Shown piece after piece: positions 9,787 to 20,025 of a stretch of DNA of 64,000 nucleotides. Origin of the DNA: Spirulina sp. Lineage in GTDB: Bacteria > Cyanobacteriota > Cyanobacteriia > Phormidesmidales > Phormidesmidaceae. The stretch covers positions 32,001-96,000 of the forward strand of contig JBIPSI010000009.1 of the NCBI GenBank assembly GCA_044070495.1, read 5' to 3'. The notes under the pieces were generated by a model, which was not told the DNA's origin, made no database searches, and saw only the letters and a program-made list of their open reading frames with translations. The position numbers and the translations under genes were made by a program. Within the stretch, counting starts at the first letter, position 1. Every line of letters begins with the position of its first letter.

Positions 9787-10971
9787 CTAACTACCGAGGG
9801 CATCCTGGGGTAGAAAGGCCCGATCCATGGGTAAAGCCGCCACCGGGGTCGATAGCTCAAAGGCTCCGGTTTCAATCCATTGCTTGAGTTCCTGCTGCAC
9901 TTGGCGGGCTAGGTAAACGCTGGCCAGGGGGGCAGTTCGTACCGTTTGGCCCTCAATGGTGATGGCCCCCGATTTAAGCTGGGCATAGCTGACTAGGCCA
10001 AAGGTGGGTCGCACTCGGCGGGGGATGGAAAAGTCCATCACCGGGGCCACGATGTCTTGATCCTGCACCGCACAGTGGGCGGCCACCTGCCCGTTGAGGA
10101 TGGGGATAGGCACGCCAACGCCAATCATCAGCGACGGCCCATAGCCCTTGAAATAACAGCCCCGTACCCAGCGGGACTGCATCTGCTTGGCATCGCCTAC
10201 CAGGGCCACCGTTGCCGCCGGGCCAATGGGGGTGTGGTTGGGCAGCCGCCGTTGCAAGGGGAAATGCTGAGTCCCCTCCCAGGCGATGTATCCCACGCCG
10301 CCACCTAGAAAAATGCGGGTGCCAATACCAACCGTGGCCAAGTCGGGATCGTTCATGAGCGGTGAGATGGCCCCAGGATTGGCATAGACCGCGTTGCCCA
10401 GGCGAGGCTGCAAGGGGCCGAGGTAGGTGGAGAGGGGGCGGTCGCCACCATTGACGCCCACAATGAAGTTTTGGTAGAGGCCACGGGGGTTGAATAGGTA
10501 AAACTGGTTAACGGTGTCGCGGGTGATGGTGGTTTCCAAGGAAGCCCTGGGGTAGCAGTCGGTGGCGTGGCCCGTAGCCTGGAGGTGAACCGTGCGCCCC
10601 GCCACCAGGTCGGCAATCACATGGCCGCCGCCGTGTTCCCGCGCTTCTTCCGACTCCATCCCCTCCGCCAGCCGACTCACCGCCACGGGCTGGCTGGCCC
10701 CCAGGTAAAAATCCACCGCCCCAAATCCAGCGTAGGCGGGCACCCCATCCAGATAGCACTCCAGCAGTTTGATGGGGGGATCCGTATGACCCAGGTTAAG
10801 CATCGCCCCGGCGGATTCCATCGGCTCGAAGGTGCCCGTCACCACCACATCCACGGCCTCGGCGGCGGCGGCGATACCCTGCTCCTGGGCCAGGGCTTTG
10901 AAGTCCTCGGCGGTGTAGACCGCCACCTGCCCGGCCCGAATTTTTTCGTTAATGCTATCGATGGTACGCAT
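9787..10971 (-). CDS. DUF39 / homocysteine biosynthesis (MA1821-like) family protein
   Basis: INEKI..G...DVVVTGTF.PM.S.G..LNLGH.DPPIK, NPRGLYQN, GIGTRIFLGG, W.GTQH motifs. Confidence 0.85.
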   Translation of the reverse strand: MRTIDSINEKIRAGQVAVYTAEDFKALAQEQGIAAAAEAVDVVVTGTFEPMESAGAMLNLGHTDPPIKLLECYLDGVPAYAGFGAVDFYLGASQPVAVSRLAEGMESEEAREHGGGHVIADLVAGRTVHLQATGHATDCYPRASLETTITRDTVNQFYLFNPRGLYQNFIVGVNGGDRPLSTYLGPLQPRLGNAVYANPGAISPLMNDPDLATVGIGTRIFLGGGVGYIAWEGTQHFPLQRRLPNHTPIGPAATVALVGDAKQMQSRWVRGCYFKGYGPSLMIGVGVPIPILNGQVAAHCAVQDQDIVAPVMDFSIPRRVRPTFGLVSYAQLKSGAITIEGQTVRTAPLASVYLARQVQQELKQWIETGAFELSTPVAALPMDRAFLPQDALGS

Positions 10972-10974
10972 GGG

Positions 10975-11181
10975 CTAAGCCCCAGATTTGGGTGGCTGAA
11001 CCGCTGCCCAGGCCCACAGCAGTACCGCCATCAGCACCGAGGGCGCAAACAACAGCCCTAACGCCAACCCCAGGGAGGGATCTAGCCAGCCCCAGGACAG
11101 GCGCGGCAGCAGGTATTTAATCACGATGCCTAGCCCTGCCGACAGGGCCACTACCTTAATGAGAAAGTTTAGGTCGGACAT
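10975..11181 (-). CDS. Small two-TM hypothetical protein
   Basis: Hydrophobic 68-aa ORF packed between prmA and the DUF39 gene. Confidence 0.7.
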   Translation of the reverse strand: MSDLNFLIKVVALSAGLGIVIKYLLPRLSWGWLDPSLGLALGLLFAPSVLMAVLLWAWAAVQPPKSGA

Positions 11182-11186
11182 GGTTT

Positions 11187-12089
11187 TTAAGCTTTCGACC
11201 GTCGCACGTTGAGGCAACACCACTCTTGACGACGCCAGAGGGTCGCCACCACCCAGCCATGCTGTTCTAGGGTATCGGCCACCAGTTTAGACTGCTCTAG
11301 CAAAATACCGCTGAGAATGCCCCAGCCATCGGGGGTGACCAGGGTATGCAGGTTGGGGATTAAGTCCATAATCACCTCCGCCAAAATGTTGCATACCACG
11401 CCATCTACCGGGGCATCAATGGCCTTAACCAGATCCTCTAGCCCGCCGTGAAGGATGGGCATGTCGGCGGCGGTAATACTATTGAGGTCGCGGTTGCCCA
11501 TGGCGGAATGGACGGCCAGGTCGTCAATATCCGCCGCATAGACCTTTTTGGCCCCCAGCAGCAGCGCCCCAATAGACAAAATGCCCGACCCGCAGCCAAT
11601 GTCGGCAATGGTGACGTTGGGCGAGTCGTAGGTGAGGCGCATTTCCAGGGATTCTAGGCAAAGCTGGGTAGTGGGGTGCGCCCCGGTACCAAAGGCCACC
11701 CCTGGATCCAGCCGCAGGACGATGCGCTGGTTATCGTCGGGGGGATCCAACCAGGCCGGGGTGATCAAAAAGCGATCCCCAATCGGTTCTGGCTTCCAGT
11801 GTTCCTTCCAGCTTTTTGACCAGTCCTCCTCGTCAATCAGGTTCCAGGTCACCCTGGGCACCGACAGATCGCTACAGAGGGCATCCTGCCTAACCAGTAA
11901 CGCCAGGGCCGATAGATCCAGCAGTTCTAGCCGATGCTGGGGAAAGTAGGCTTGGACAAAGCTGGCGGAACCCCGTCGCTGGGTTGAGGTGCCCTGACTG
12001 CCAAAGCTATCGAACCGCCAGAAGATATCGTCCTCCAGGGCCGGATCGCACAGAACCTGAACTTCCCACCAGCTATTGCCCAACGCCAT
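11187..12089 (-). CDS. prmA: Ribosomal protein L11 methyltransferase
   Basis: [44 protein letters not shown] motifs. Confidence 0.95.
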   Translation of the reverse strand: MALGNSWWEVQVLCDPALEDDIFWRFDSFGSQGTSTQRRGSASFVQAYFPQHRLELLDLSALALLVRQDALCSDLSVPRVTWNLIDEEDWSKSWKEHWKPEPIGDRFLITPAWLDPPDDNQRIVLRLDPGVAFGTGAHPTTQLCLESLEMRLTYDSPNVTIADIGCGSGILSIGALLLGAKKVYAADIDDLAVHSAMGNRDLNSITAADMPILHGGLEDLVKAIDAPVDGVVCNILAEVIMDLIPNLHTLVTPDGWGILSGILLEQSKLVADTLEQHGWVVATLWRRQEWCCLNVRRSKA

Positions 12090-12139
12090 GACCACCGTAC
12101 TTTGCCTAGGTTGTTTCCCCGGATCATATAGCAAAAGGT

Positions 12140-12350
12140 CCTCGCCCCCAGCCCCTCTCCCACGGGACGACCGCTGATACAGAACTCTTTGGGTTGCTTG
12201 ATACCTGGGGTTGATCCCCCCTAGCCCCCCTTGTTAAGGGGGGAACAGGAGTCAAAGGCCCCCTTAACAAGGGGGATTTAGGGGGATCTCCAAGGGCTTA
12301 CAGCATGAAAACAAGATGTGTATCCGTCGTAGCCATCGAGGAGAGGGGGC
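12140..12350. repeat. Nested palindromic element: ~170-bp CCCCCT/AAGGGGG element inside a CCCTCTCCC/GGAGAGGG hairpin
   Basis: Outer arms at 12140-12161 and 12339-12350; the inner 12165-12334 is homologous in reverse orientation to 30059-30224. Confidence 0.8.
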
Positions 12351-12397
12351 CAGAAAAGTTCTCAAAGCCCCCCTTGAGCCTAGGGGCAGGAGGCCGT

Positions 12398-13984
12398 CTA
12401 GAGGTTGACGGTGTAGGCATCGCGGATGCCGTCTACCTTGATGATTTCCTCCAGGATGCCTTCGGGCAGGGGGTCATCCAGGCTCAGCACCATCACCGCA
12501 TCGCCGCGCACAATTTTGCGACCCACCTGCATACTGGCGATGTTGACGTTGAAGCTGCCCAGCAGGGAGCCGATTTTGCCGATGATCCCCGGCATATCGC
12601 GGTGCAGGGTGAACAGCATGTGGCGAGTGGGGGGCACGTTGATGGGGAAATCATCGATGTCGGTGACGCGGATTTCGCTGCCGCCCAGCAGTACCCCGGT
12701 GGCGGAATGCTCACCCAGGCTGCCCTTGGCCTTCAGGTTCAAGGCTCCGGCATAGTCGCGGCTGTCCTCATCGCGGGTTTCGATCACGTGGATGCCCCGC
12801 TCCTTGGCTTCGATGCTGGCATTGACGTAGTTCACCCGCTCTTGTAAGGCGTGGGAGAGCAGACCCTTGAGGGCGGCAATCACAATCGGTTTGCTGTCGC
12901 TGTCGCCGCTGGCAATGTCGCCCTGGATGCTGACGGTGAGTTCCTCCACCCGCCCCCCGGCCAGTTGGCTGACCAGGTTGCCCAGGGTTTCCGCCAGTTG
13001 CAGGTAGGGGCCAAGTTTTTCCAGCACCTCAGGCCGCAGACCGGGGATGTTCACAGCGGAACGGGCGGGGAGACCTAGCAGCACATCGCGGATTTGCTCC
13101 GCCACGTCGATGGCCACGTTCACCTGGGCTTCTTCCGTGGAGGCTCCCAGGTGGGGGGTGAGGATCACATTCTTGCCCAGATCCCGGAGTTCCGATTCCC
13201 CTAGGGGTTCCGAGGCATAGACATCCAGGGCCGCACCGCCGATGACACCATCCCGCAGGGCTTGGGCCAGATCCGCCTCGTTGATGATGCCGCCACGGGC
13301 ACAGTTGATGATCCGCGCCGTGGGCTTCATGGTGGCCAGGGTTTCGGCGTTGATGAGGTTGGCGGTTTCGGGGGTTTTGGGGATGTGCAGCGTGATGTAG
13401 TCTGCTTCCTGGAACAGGAAATCGAGTTCCACCAGACGACAGCCCAGTTGTTCGGCCCGGTCGGCGGAAATGAAGGGATCGTAGGCCAGCAACTTCATGC
13501 CCATGGCGCGGGCCACGGTGGCGACGTGGGAACCTATTTTGCCCAGCCCCACCACGCCCAGGGTCTTTTTGTAGACCTCTACCCCGGTGAAGTCCTTGCG
13601 CTTCCATTCCCCAGACTTCACCGAGGCATCGGCACTGGGCACATAGCGAGACAAAGACATCATCATGGCCAGGGCGTGCTCAGCGGCGGCGATGGTGTTG
13701 CCCTCCGGCGAGTTGACCACCACAATGCCGCGACGGGTTGCTTCTGGCACGTCCACATTATCCACCCCAACCCCGGCCCGACCAATGATCTTGAGGTTGT
13801 TAGCCGCCTCAATCACCGCCTTGGTGACCTTGGTGCCAGAACGAATCATCAGGGCATCGTAGTCGCCAATGACGTTGACCAATTCCTCCGGGGACAGGCT
13901 GGTGTTTACATCCACCTGCGCCACCTGGGAAAGAATGTCAATACCTACCTGATCGATGGGGTCGGAAACGAGAACCTTGGGCAT
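12398..13984 (-). CDS. serA: D-3-phosphoglycerate dehydrogenase
   Basis: [31 protein letters not shown] motifs and C-terminal ASB/ACT domains. Confidence 0.97.
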   Translation of the reverse strand: MPKVLVSDPIDQVGIDILSQVAQVDVNTSLSPEELVNVIGDYDALMIRSGTKVTKAVIEAANNLKIIGRAGVGVDNVDVPEATRRGIVVVNSPEGNTIAAAEHALAMMMSLSRYVPSADASVKSGEWKRKDFTGVEVYKKTLGVVGLGKIGSHVATVARAMGMKLLAYDPFISADRAEQLGCRLVELDFLFQEADYITLHIPKTPETANLINAETLATMKPTARIINCARGGIINEADLAQALRDGVIGGAALDVYASEPLGESELRDLGKNVILTPHLGASTEEAQVNVAIDVAEQIRDVLLGLPARSAVNIPGLRPEVLEKLGPYLQLAETLGNLVSQLAGGRVEELTVSIQGDIASGDSDSKPIVIAALKGLLSHALQERVNYVNASIEAKERGIHVIETRDEDSRDYAGALNLKAKGSLGEHSATGVLLGGSEIRVTDIDDFPINVPPTRHMLFTLHRDMPGIIGKIGSLLGSFNVNIASMQVGRKIVRGDAVMVLSLDDPLPEGILEEIIKVDGIRDAYTVNL

Positions 13985-14123
13985 GGGTCGGCCATAAAAA
14001 TGTCACAGGGATCTACTTTACTGCAAAGGCGTAATTAAGGAGGACTGTGCGGATCACGATCTCATCGCCGAGGCAAACTCTCCCAGAACCCTTATCTGCC
14101 AAGCCCCCAGGGCGGCTATGGCC

Positions 14124-15344
14124 CTACCCGACCGACGGATCGAACTGCCGAAAACAGTCCACCAACACTACATTGGAGAACAGAAAACCTTCGGGATCGC
14201 TGAGCCGAATCCGCTGCACATTGTCCCAGGAATCTCCATCGATCACCACCCAACCCGCTTGAAGATGGGGCTTCAGAACCGCGTAGAGTTCGGCCCAGGT
14301 GTCGGCATCACACAGCGACCGCACCTCATCGCCAGCGATACCCTCCGCTAGCCGCAGCCCCACCATTAGCCGATCCAAAAACTGCTCCATGGTTGGGGTG
14401 GGTGGTTCGTCGTAAACGCTGCCCGATGCCTGGAAATTCTGCACCCACTGGCCATAGGTCGCTAGCGTTCGAGGCCGACTGACCCGCTGATGCTGGGTGT
14501 AGCTCGTTGCCCCCAGACCAAAGCCGTAGTAGGGCTGGTTGCGCCAGTAGGTGAGGTTGTGGCGGCAGCGGTGCCCCGGTTGGGCGTAGTTCGAGACTTC
14601 GTAATGCTCGTAACCCTGATCGGTCAAATAACGCTGGGCGGTGCAATACATGGCCGTCGTCTGCTGATCTGTCGGCAGGGGGGCATCTCCAGGCTGATAG
14701 CGCTTGGCAAACACCGTCTGGGGTTCCACCGTGAGGTCATACACCGATAGATGGTGCGGCCCTAGGTCAACCGCTTTGGACAGTCCTGTTTCCCAAATGT
14801 CCATGGTCAAATGGGGTAGGCCCGAAATCAAATCCAAACTCCAGTTCGGCATGGCGACTTGGTGCAGCCAGTCCACGGTTTGAACCACATCCACCACCCG
14901 GTGATAGCGGCCACAGCTTTCCAGGATGCGATCCTCCAACGCCTGCACCCCCAGGCTAATGCGGTTCACCCCTGCCCCCAGGTAGCCCTTCAGGTGATCT
15001 AAATCAAAGGTTCCCGGATCCATTTCCATGGAAATTTCTGCCTCTGGATCAATCCCAAACCGCTGATTCAACCCCGCCAAAATCCGCTGCACCTGCGCCA
15101 CCGACAGCAGGGAAGGCGTGCCGCCACCAAAAAACACCGTTTGCAGCGGTTCCCCTAAATTCGGCGTCGCTTGAATTTCCCGACACAGCACCTCCACATA
15201 GCCCTCTACGGACAGGGAGGTTTCCCCCCGCCGCTGGTTGCCCAATACGGAAATGGGGAAGTCGCAGTAGAAGCACCGCCGCCGACAAAAGGGAATGTGA
15301 ACGTAGGCCGAAAGGGGAGCAGGAGCCATGGAGGAGTGGGGCAT
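14124..15344 (-). CDS. hemW: Radical SAM heme chaperone HemW (HemN-like)
   Basis: YVHIPFCRRRCFYCDF, FGGGTPS, YEVSNYA, HNLTYW motifs. Confidence 0.92.
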   Translation of the reverse strand: MPHSSMAPAPLSAYVHIPFCRRRCFYCDFPISVLGNQRRGETSLSVEGYVEVLCREIQATPNLGEPLQTVFFGGGTPSLLSVAQVQRILAGLNQRFGIDPEAEISMEMDPGTFDLDHLKGYLGAGVNRISLGVQALEDRILESCGRYHRVVDVVQTVDWLHQVAMPNWSLDLISGLPHLTMDIWETGLSKAVDLGPHHLSVYDLTVEPQTVFAKRYQPGDAPLPTDQQTTAMYCTAQRYLTDQGYEHYEVSNYAQPGHRCRHNLTYWRNQPYYGFGLGATSYTQHQRVSRPRTLATYGQWVQNFQASGSVYDEPPTPTMEQFLDRLMVGLRLAEGIAGDEVRSLCDADTWAELYAVLKPHLQAGWVVIDGDSWDNVQRIRLSDPEGFLFSNVVLVDCFRQFDPSVG

Positions 15345-15786
15345 GATCGCAAGCTAGAAAAACGGCTGTGAATGTGAAGATCCATAGAGTTTGGGTTTAG
15401 ACAACGCTGGACGAGCCTTTTACCACCCTAGCCAACCAGAGACCCATGGAAATAGGAAGCCTATCGGGTAATGTTCTAGACCCGTGTATGACAAGCAATA
15501 CACAGGTCTAGAACACTACCGCCGAGTTAAACCATTGGGGTCGTTGTTGGCCTAACGACGTCCCGGCTATGGTCAAGATGACGGAATCGCCTCATCTCCG
15601 GTAATTCCCTGACCTTGGGAGCGGCAATTGCGCACCTAGGATGTGTGGTTGCACGGTGTTCCTTTACACCGTCATGAAATTACGATAAAGGCATCGTCGC
15701 TCTTTCAGGCCCACCCCTGTATTTCCGCTGGACCTGAACCGTTATCGGCAGCAGGACTGTCTTCACAGCTTCGCTGTGCTCGAACT

Positions 15787-16743
15787 ATGCAACCCTCATC
15801 TTTGCCTCGATCTAAACCCACATTGCTGTTGGCTATTGAGGAGGAAACCCTCCGTATTCCGCAGCCCCATACCTCGGTAGCCCCCGTGGCGGAGGCTGAT
15901 CGCCCCAGGATGTCGGTGGCGGCGGGGCAAGCCCTGAAGCAAGGGTTAGCTGAATTTCGGCAAGGTCAATACCCTGAGGCTTTGGCTTACTTCCAGCGTG
16001 CTTTAACGGGCTACCAGCAGGCGGCAGATCAGCCGAATACGGCCAAGGTTTTGCTAGTTTTAGCGAATGCCTACTATCGGCTGGCGGACTATCTGTGGGC
16101 GGCGGACTACGGTCGGCAATGCCTGCGATTGGCTGAGGATCTTCAAGATAGGCCCCTGCAACAGCAGGCGTTGGAGCATTTGGGCAACAGCTACCGGCAT
16201 CTAGGCAACCTTCAAACCGCCCTCGACTATATGGGCCAAAGCCTTCAATTGGCGAAGGAAATCCATGATCTCCAGGCGGAAATGCGGGCGCTCAACAATT
16301 TGGCCATGGTATATCGGGCTAAGGGACTAAGCCGACAGGCGGCCACCCTCTACGAGGCCAGTTGGCGAATGGCAGAGCAGTTGGAGGAAGCCACCGTGCA
16401 ACTGCAAGTTTTGCAAAACCTGGGCAACACCTATCAATCGCTGCACCACTATGCCCAGGCCATTGAATGCTATGAGCAGTTTTTGGTGTTGCATGAGAAA
16501 CACCCGGAAACGGTAGCCAGCAACCACACGACCCGCCGCATTCTAACGCAGCTCACCCTGGCCAGCCTAGCGATTCACGACTACAACCGAGCCATTGTTT
16601 ACCTACAGCGCCATTTAACCCTGGCCTGCACCCTCGGTGACTCTAAAGGAGCCGCCGCCCTCATCGATGACCTCAGCTACTGCTATACGGCCTTGAATCA
16701 GGTACGGTCGTTCCAGTCCCTAGAACCCCTGTCCGATGGTTAG
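15787..16743 (+). CDS. TPR repeat protein
   Basis: Repeated A.NNL(G/A).VY and LGN.Y TPR motifs; start uncertain. Confidence 0.85.
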   Translation: MQPSSLPRSKPTLLLAIEEETLRIPQPHTSVAPVAEADRPRMSVAAGQALKQGLAEFRQGQYPEALAYFQRALTGYQQAADQPNTAKVLLVLANAYYRLADYLWAADYGRQCLRLAEDLQDRPLQQQALEHLGNSYRHLGNLQTALDYMGQSLQLAKEIHDLQAEMRALNNLAMVYRAKGLSRQAATLYEASWRMAEQLEEATVQLQVLQNLGNTYQSLHHYAQAIECYEQFLVLHEKHPETVASNHTTRRILTQLTLASLAIHDYNRAIVYLQRHLTLACTLGDSKGAAALIDDLSYCYTALNQVRSFQSLEPLSDG

Positions 16744-17639
16744 GAAGAGCCTAGGTACTGGAGCACGGGAGCCATGACCACCCAATAGAGGGGCACAGAC
16801 AGCGAGATAAAGCCAATGACAAAGCGGGTATCTAGCTGTTGTTCTTGGGCAAAGAGAAGACCTAGCATACTAGGAGGCAAGGCTGCCCCCACCAAAACCG
16901 CTGCTCGCTCTAGTCCTGTGAGGCCAAACAGGGTAACCACTCCCCAGCCTAGCCCTAGCCCACAGCCTAGCTTCAGGAGCGCGAGGGCCAGGAAACGCCC
17001 CACGGAGGATCCTTGAATCTGAAATTCAATGCCCAGCAACAGCAGCACTAGGAACACAAAGCTGTTGGCCAGAATGTCCAGTAGAGCCAGCAATGCAGGG
17101 GGTTGCCAGCCCAGAATATTTAATCCTAGGCCGATCCAGATGGCCCAAAAGAAGGGGGTCTTGGCTAGCTTGATGCCCACCCGACCGACCGAGATTTCAT
17201 CGGATCCAAACCAGGTGGCAATGCCATAGACCACGGTGAGCAGATACATCGCCTGGGCCAGATCGAACAGCACGAGGCGGCTGAGGCCCTCCTCCCCAAA
17301 GGCCAACAGCATGGTGGGATAGCCCACGGCCCCACCCTCAAAGGTGAGGAAGGTGACCATCCAAGCCCCAGCCAGGGGACGATCCCAGCCGAGGGGCCGC
17401 AGCATTAAGGCTCCTATTAGGGTAAGCCCTAGCACGACAAGCAGGGCAGACAGGGGCAGATAGACCAGATCAGGGGTGAGGGTAGCGGTGGCCAGGGCGC
17501 GTAAAATTACTGCTGGTAAGGCCAGGTAGGTTAACAGGGTGCCGATGGTTTGGGCATCCTTGGGGCCAAGCAGACCCCGCCGCCGCAGCCCAAAGCCCAG
17601 AACACAGACCAGCAGCAGCGGCAAAATTTTGAGTAACAC
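16740..17639 (-). CDS. AEC (auxin efflux carrier/malonate-type) family transporter
   Basis: About 10 TM helices with ALPA.I and G.VGYP motifs. Confidence 0.85.
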   Translation of the reverse strand: MLLKILPLLLVCVLGFGLRRRGLLGPKDAQTIGTLLTYLALPAVILRALATATLTPDLVYLPLSALLVVLGLTLIGALMLRPLGWDRPLAGAWMVTFLTFEGGAVGYPTMLLAFGEEGLSRLVLFDLAQAMYLLTVVYGIATWFGSDEISVGRVGIKLAKTPFFWAIWIGLGLNILGWQPPALLALLDILANSFVFLVLLLLGIEFQIQGSSVGRFLALALLKLGCGLGLGWGVVTLFGLTGLERAAVLVGAALPPSMLGLLFAQEQQLDTRFVIGFISLSVPLYWVVMAPVLQYLGSS

Positions 17640-17771
17640 AGGGCACTCTTGCTAAAAATTACATCATCCCCGTTGATTTGTGCAGAGCGTAGGATAGATG
17701 AGCAAATCGTACTCTATGTCGGGCAGAAATTTGATGCTTTCCACTAAAGCTAGTTCATCCTATGGACAAAA

Positions 17772-19733
17772 TCAGAGGTAGTCATGGGCGTAAATCATGA
17801 CAGGTTGCTTAATTTCTTGATCAAGCTGTTGCCCAAGCCAAATACCTGGCTCTACTTCCTCACTGATGGCAATTCTCAGAGACTCTGAAGCTTCTGGCAA
17901 CTGCAACTGGTAGGTTTTACCTGTAACAACTTGCTCTTTAACGGTTACTTGTCGAACTCCTAGATCGTCCTCAGAGGCTAGTTCAGTGGGTTGAAGCTGA
18001 AGATCATCTCCAGGCATAGAAAAGACCTGGATACCCTCTTCGCTTTTCCAGAAAATATAACCGTTCAGACTTGGTCTGAAAATTGAAAGCCCTGGATTAA
18101 CATCCTCTAGGCCATAAGTCTGGGTTTCTTTAACCTCCTGACTTGTTTGGCCAAAATCAACCAGCCTATCCCACCACTGCATTGCCTTCAAACAAGCATT
18201 AGCATGACGCTCAAGCTCTGTCACAGAGGGAAGATTTGTGATGACCTGTTCATGCCTTTTCATTTTGCTATGAATACGTTCCTGCCGTCGCCCTACATCG
18301 TTAGGGTTATTTTGCATTGCCTGGAGAAGTAACATTTGCTCAAGCTTAAGATCGGCAGCAATTAGTCCAATTAAGCACTGCATATCGTGGACGGCCTGTT
18401 TTCCACTAGACTTAAGCAGTTCTGCCGCGCTACGGGCACCCTGACGACCCCGTTGTAATCTGGCATTTTTGGTCTTATCCCTAAATCGTTCAACTAGCAA
18501 ACGATTTCGCTCAAGAATAGCAAGAATATTCTTTTCGACCAACGCAAGCCGATTACTGGCATCTGGCGTGAAGATGCCAGTGTGCATTCGCTCTGATTCA
18601 ATGTCATCTAAGACGTTAACCGCATAATAAATTTCGCCTAGAATTGCGGCTTCTTGTCTAACATTAAGCTCCTCTAAAATTTGCTCCATGTGGGCTAGAC
18701 GTTGGTTTATCTGGTTGATTTGTTGTGTACCTACAATGGCATGGAGTACCTGATATGCAACGATAGGAGCCAAAATGGGCATGACAGAAGTTTGGGCAAA
18801 ACGAAGTTGATGAGAAAATCTTCCTGTAGCTAAATCTCTGACTGTCCCAAGTGAACCACCGCTTTGCACTAGCTTATGAGTTCCATTAGCCAAACCTGCG
18901 ACTGCATCAGGTGGCCCAATTACTCTAAATAATTGCCCTGCATTCATACCAGAAGCAACCACCGCAGATGTTGCTCCTAACTGGTCTACTACCGCTGAGT
19001 TTAATTTGCCTTTGTGCCAAGCATTTGGACTATGCAGACTCAGTCCATGAAAATGATCAATGAGTTGCTGACTTTGCTCAGGAGAGTATTGCAGTAGCGC
19101 TCCAACAGTATTTCCTGAAGAGTCTTGCAGCTCGGTAAATGATGCGGATTCTCCTTCCTCAGGCTGATAAGTCTTAATGCCCCAACCCTCATGACGCATT
19201 ACTGTTAGAGCAGCTTCTTCTTCTTCTGCTGGTTCAATTTCGGTTGAGATAGATGCCTGATTCTTGTCAGATACGCTTGTAGCTTTAGCGACATCCGCAG
19301 ACTGTTGCCCCTGAAAGACTGAGAACATTGTCTTCAATGCGTTATCACTCAGGTCTTGTAAGTCTGTTACCCTGTCAGAAATTACGTCTTCAACAACATC
19401 ACCTATGTCCGTTGCTCCAACCTGTAAATTTCCAACGACTTCTGTAACAGGCTTTGAAGACCAAACCGATTGTGTGAATGATTGAAAACTTCTTAATCCC
19501 TGATTAACGACATCTCCTAATTCAGGGGCTTTAGCTTCGTTCTCGTCCGTTGGATAGACATCGAAGACAACTTCATAGGCTTGCTTCCAGGCATCAAATC
19601 CCTGAAGATCGGGCAGTTCATTCTCTTCAGCAAATTCTAACCAGACCTTGTTTTCTCGCAACTCCCTACCATTGGCTACTCCAAAATGTTCGCAGAGAGC
19701 TTGTTTATAACCTCTGAGCTTCAGTCTTTCCAT
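17772..19733 (-). CDS. AT-rich 653-aa hypothetical protein, probably horizontally acquired
   Basis: Uninterrupted ORF with an AGGAG RBS upstream; visibly lower GC than both flanks; no recognised catalytic motif. Confidence 0.85.
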   Translation of the reverse strand: MERLKLRGYKQALCEHFGVANGRELRENKVWLEFAEENELPDLQGFDAWKQAYEVVFDVYPTDENEAKAPELGDVVNQGLRSFQSFTQSVWSSKPVTEVVGNLQVGATDIGDVVEDVISDRVTDLQDLSDNALKTMFSVFQGQQSADVAKATSVSDKNQASISTEIEPAEEEEAALTVMRHEGWGIKTYQPEEGESASFTELQDSSGNTVGALLQYSPEQSQQLIDHFHGLSLHSPNAWHKGKLNSAVVDQLGATSAVVASGMNAGQLFRVIGPPDAVAGLANGTHKLVQSGGSLGTVRDLATGRFSHQLRFAQTSVMPILAPIVAYQVLHAIVGTQQINQINQRLAHMEQILEELNVRQEAAILGEIYYAVNVLDDIESERMHTGIFTPDASNRLALVEKNILAILERNRLLVERFRDKTKNARLQRGRQGARSAAELLKSSGKQAVHDMQCLIGLIAADLKLEQMLLLQAMQNNPNDVGRRQERIHSKMKRHEQVITNLPSVTELERHANACLKAMQWWDRLVDFGQTSQEVKETQTYGLEDVNPGLSIFRPSLNGYIFWKSEEGIQVFSMPGDDLQLQPTELASEDDLGVRQVTVKEQVVTGKTYQLQLPEASESLRIAISEEVEPGIWLGQQLDQEIKQPVMIYAHDYL

Positions 19734-20025
19734 TTCTTACTCCTAAGAAAAGTGCGCCCTACCTCGATTAGGCTGACAACCAAGGCTGGAATCACGAGAT
19801 AATCTATTTTAGAGTGCCCACCCTGCCGACTAGAGACTAGCGATCACAAGAAACTTCTTAAGTCGTTACAAACAATAAGCAGGATTCATTGATGTTTACT
19901 AAGATTTACTCAAGTCTATCTATTTCAGAAGTCATACTCATAGGATACTCATCACAGATCTGATCGTTCTCAAAACTGCGTAAACGACCCTAAGGCTGGG
20001 ATGAGTGAGTTGATCGAGATGGCTC

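Noticed and set aside
17641..19819. 9-bp inverted repeat GGGCACTCT flanking the AT-rich orphan gene
   Set aside because: Too short to exceed chance; there is no transposase or target duplication, and it may simply be a promoter element.
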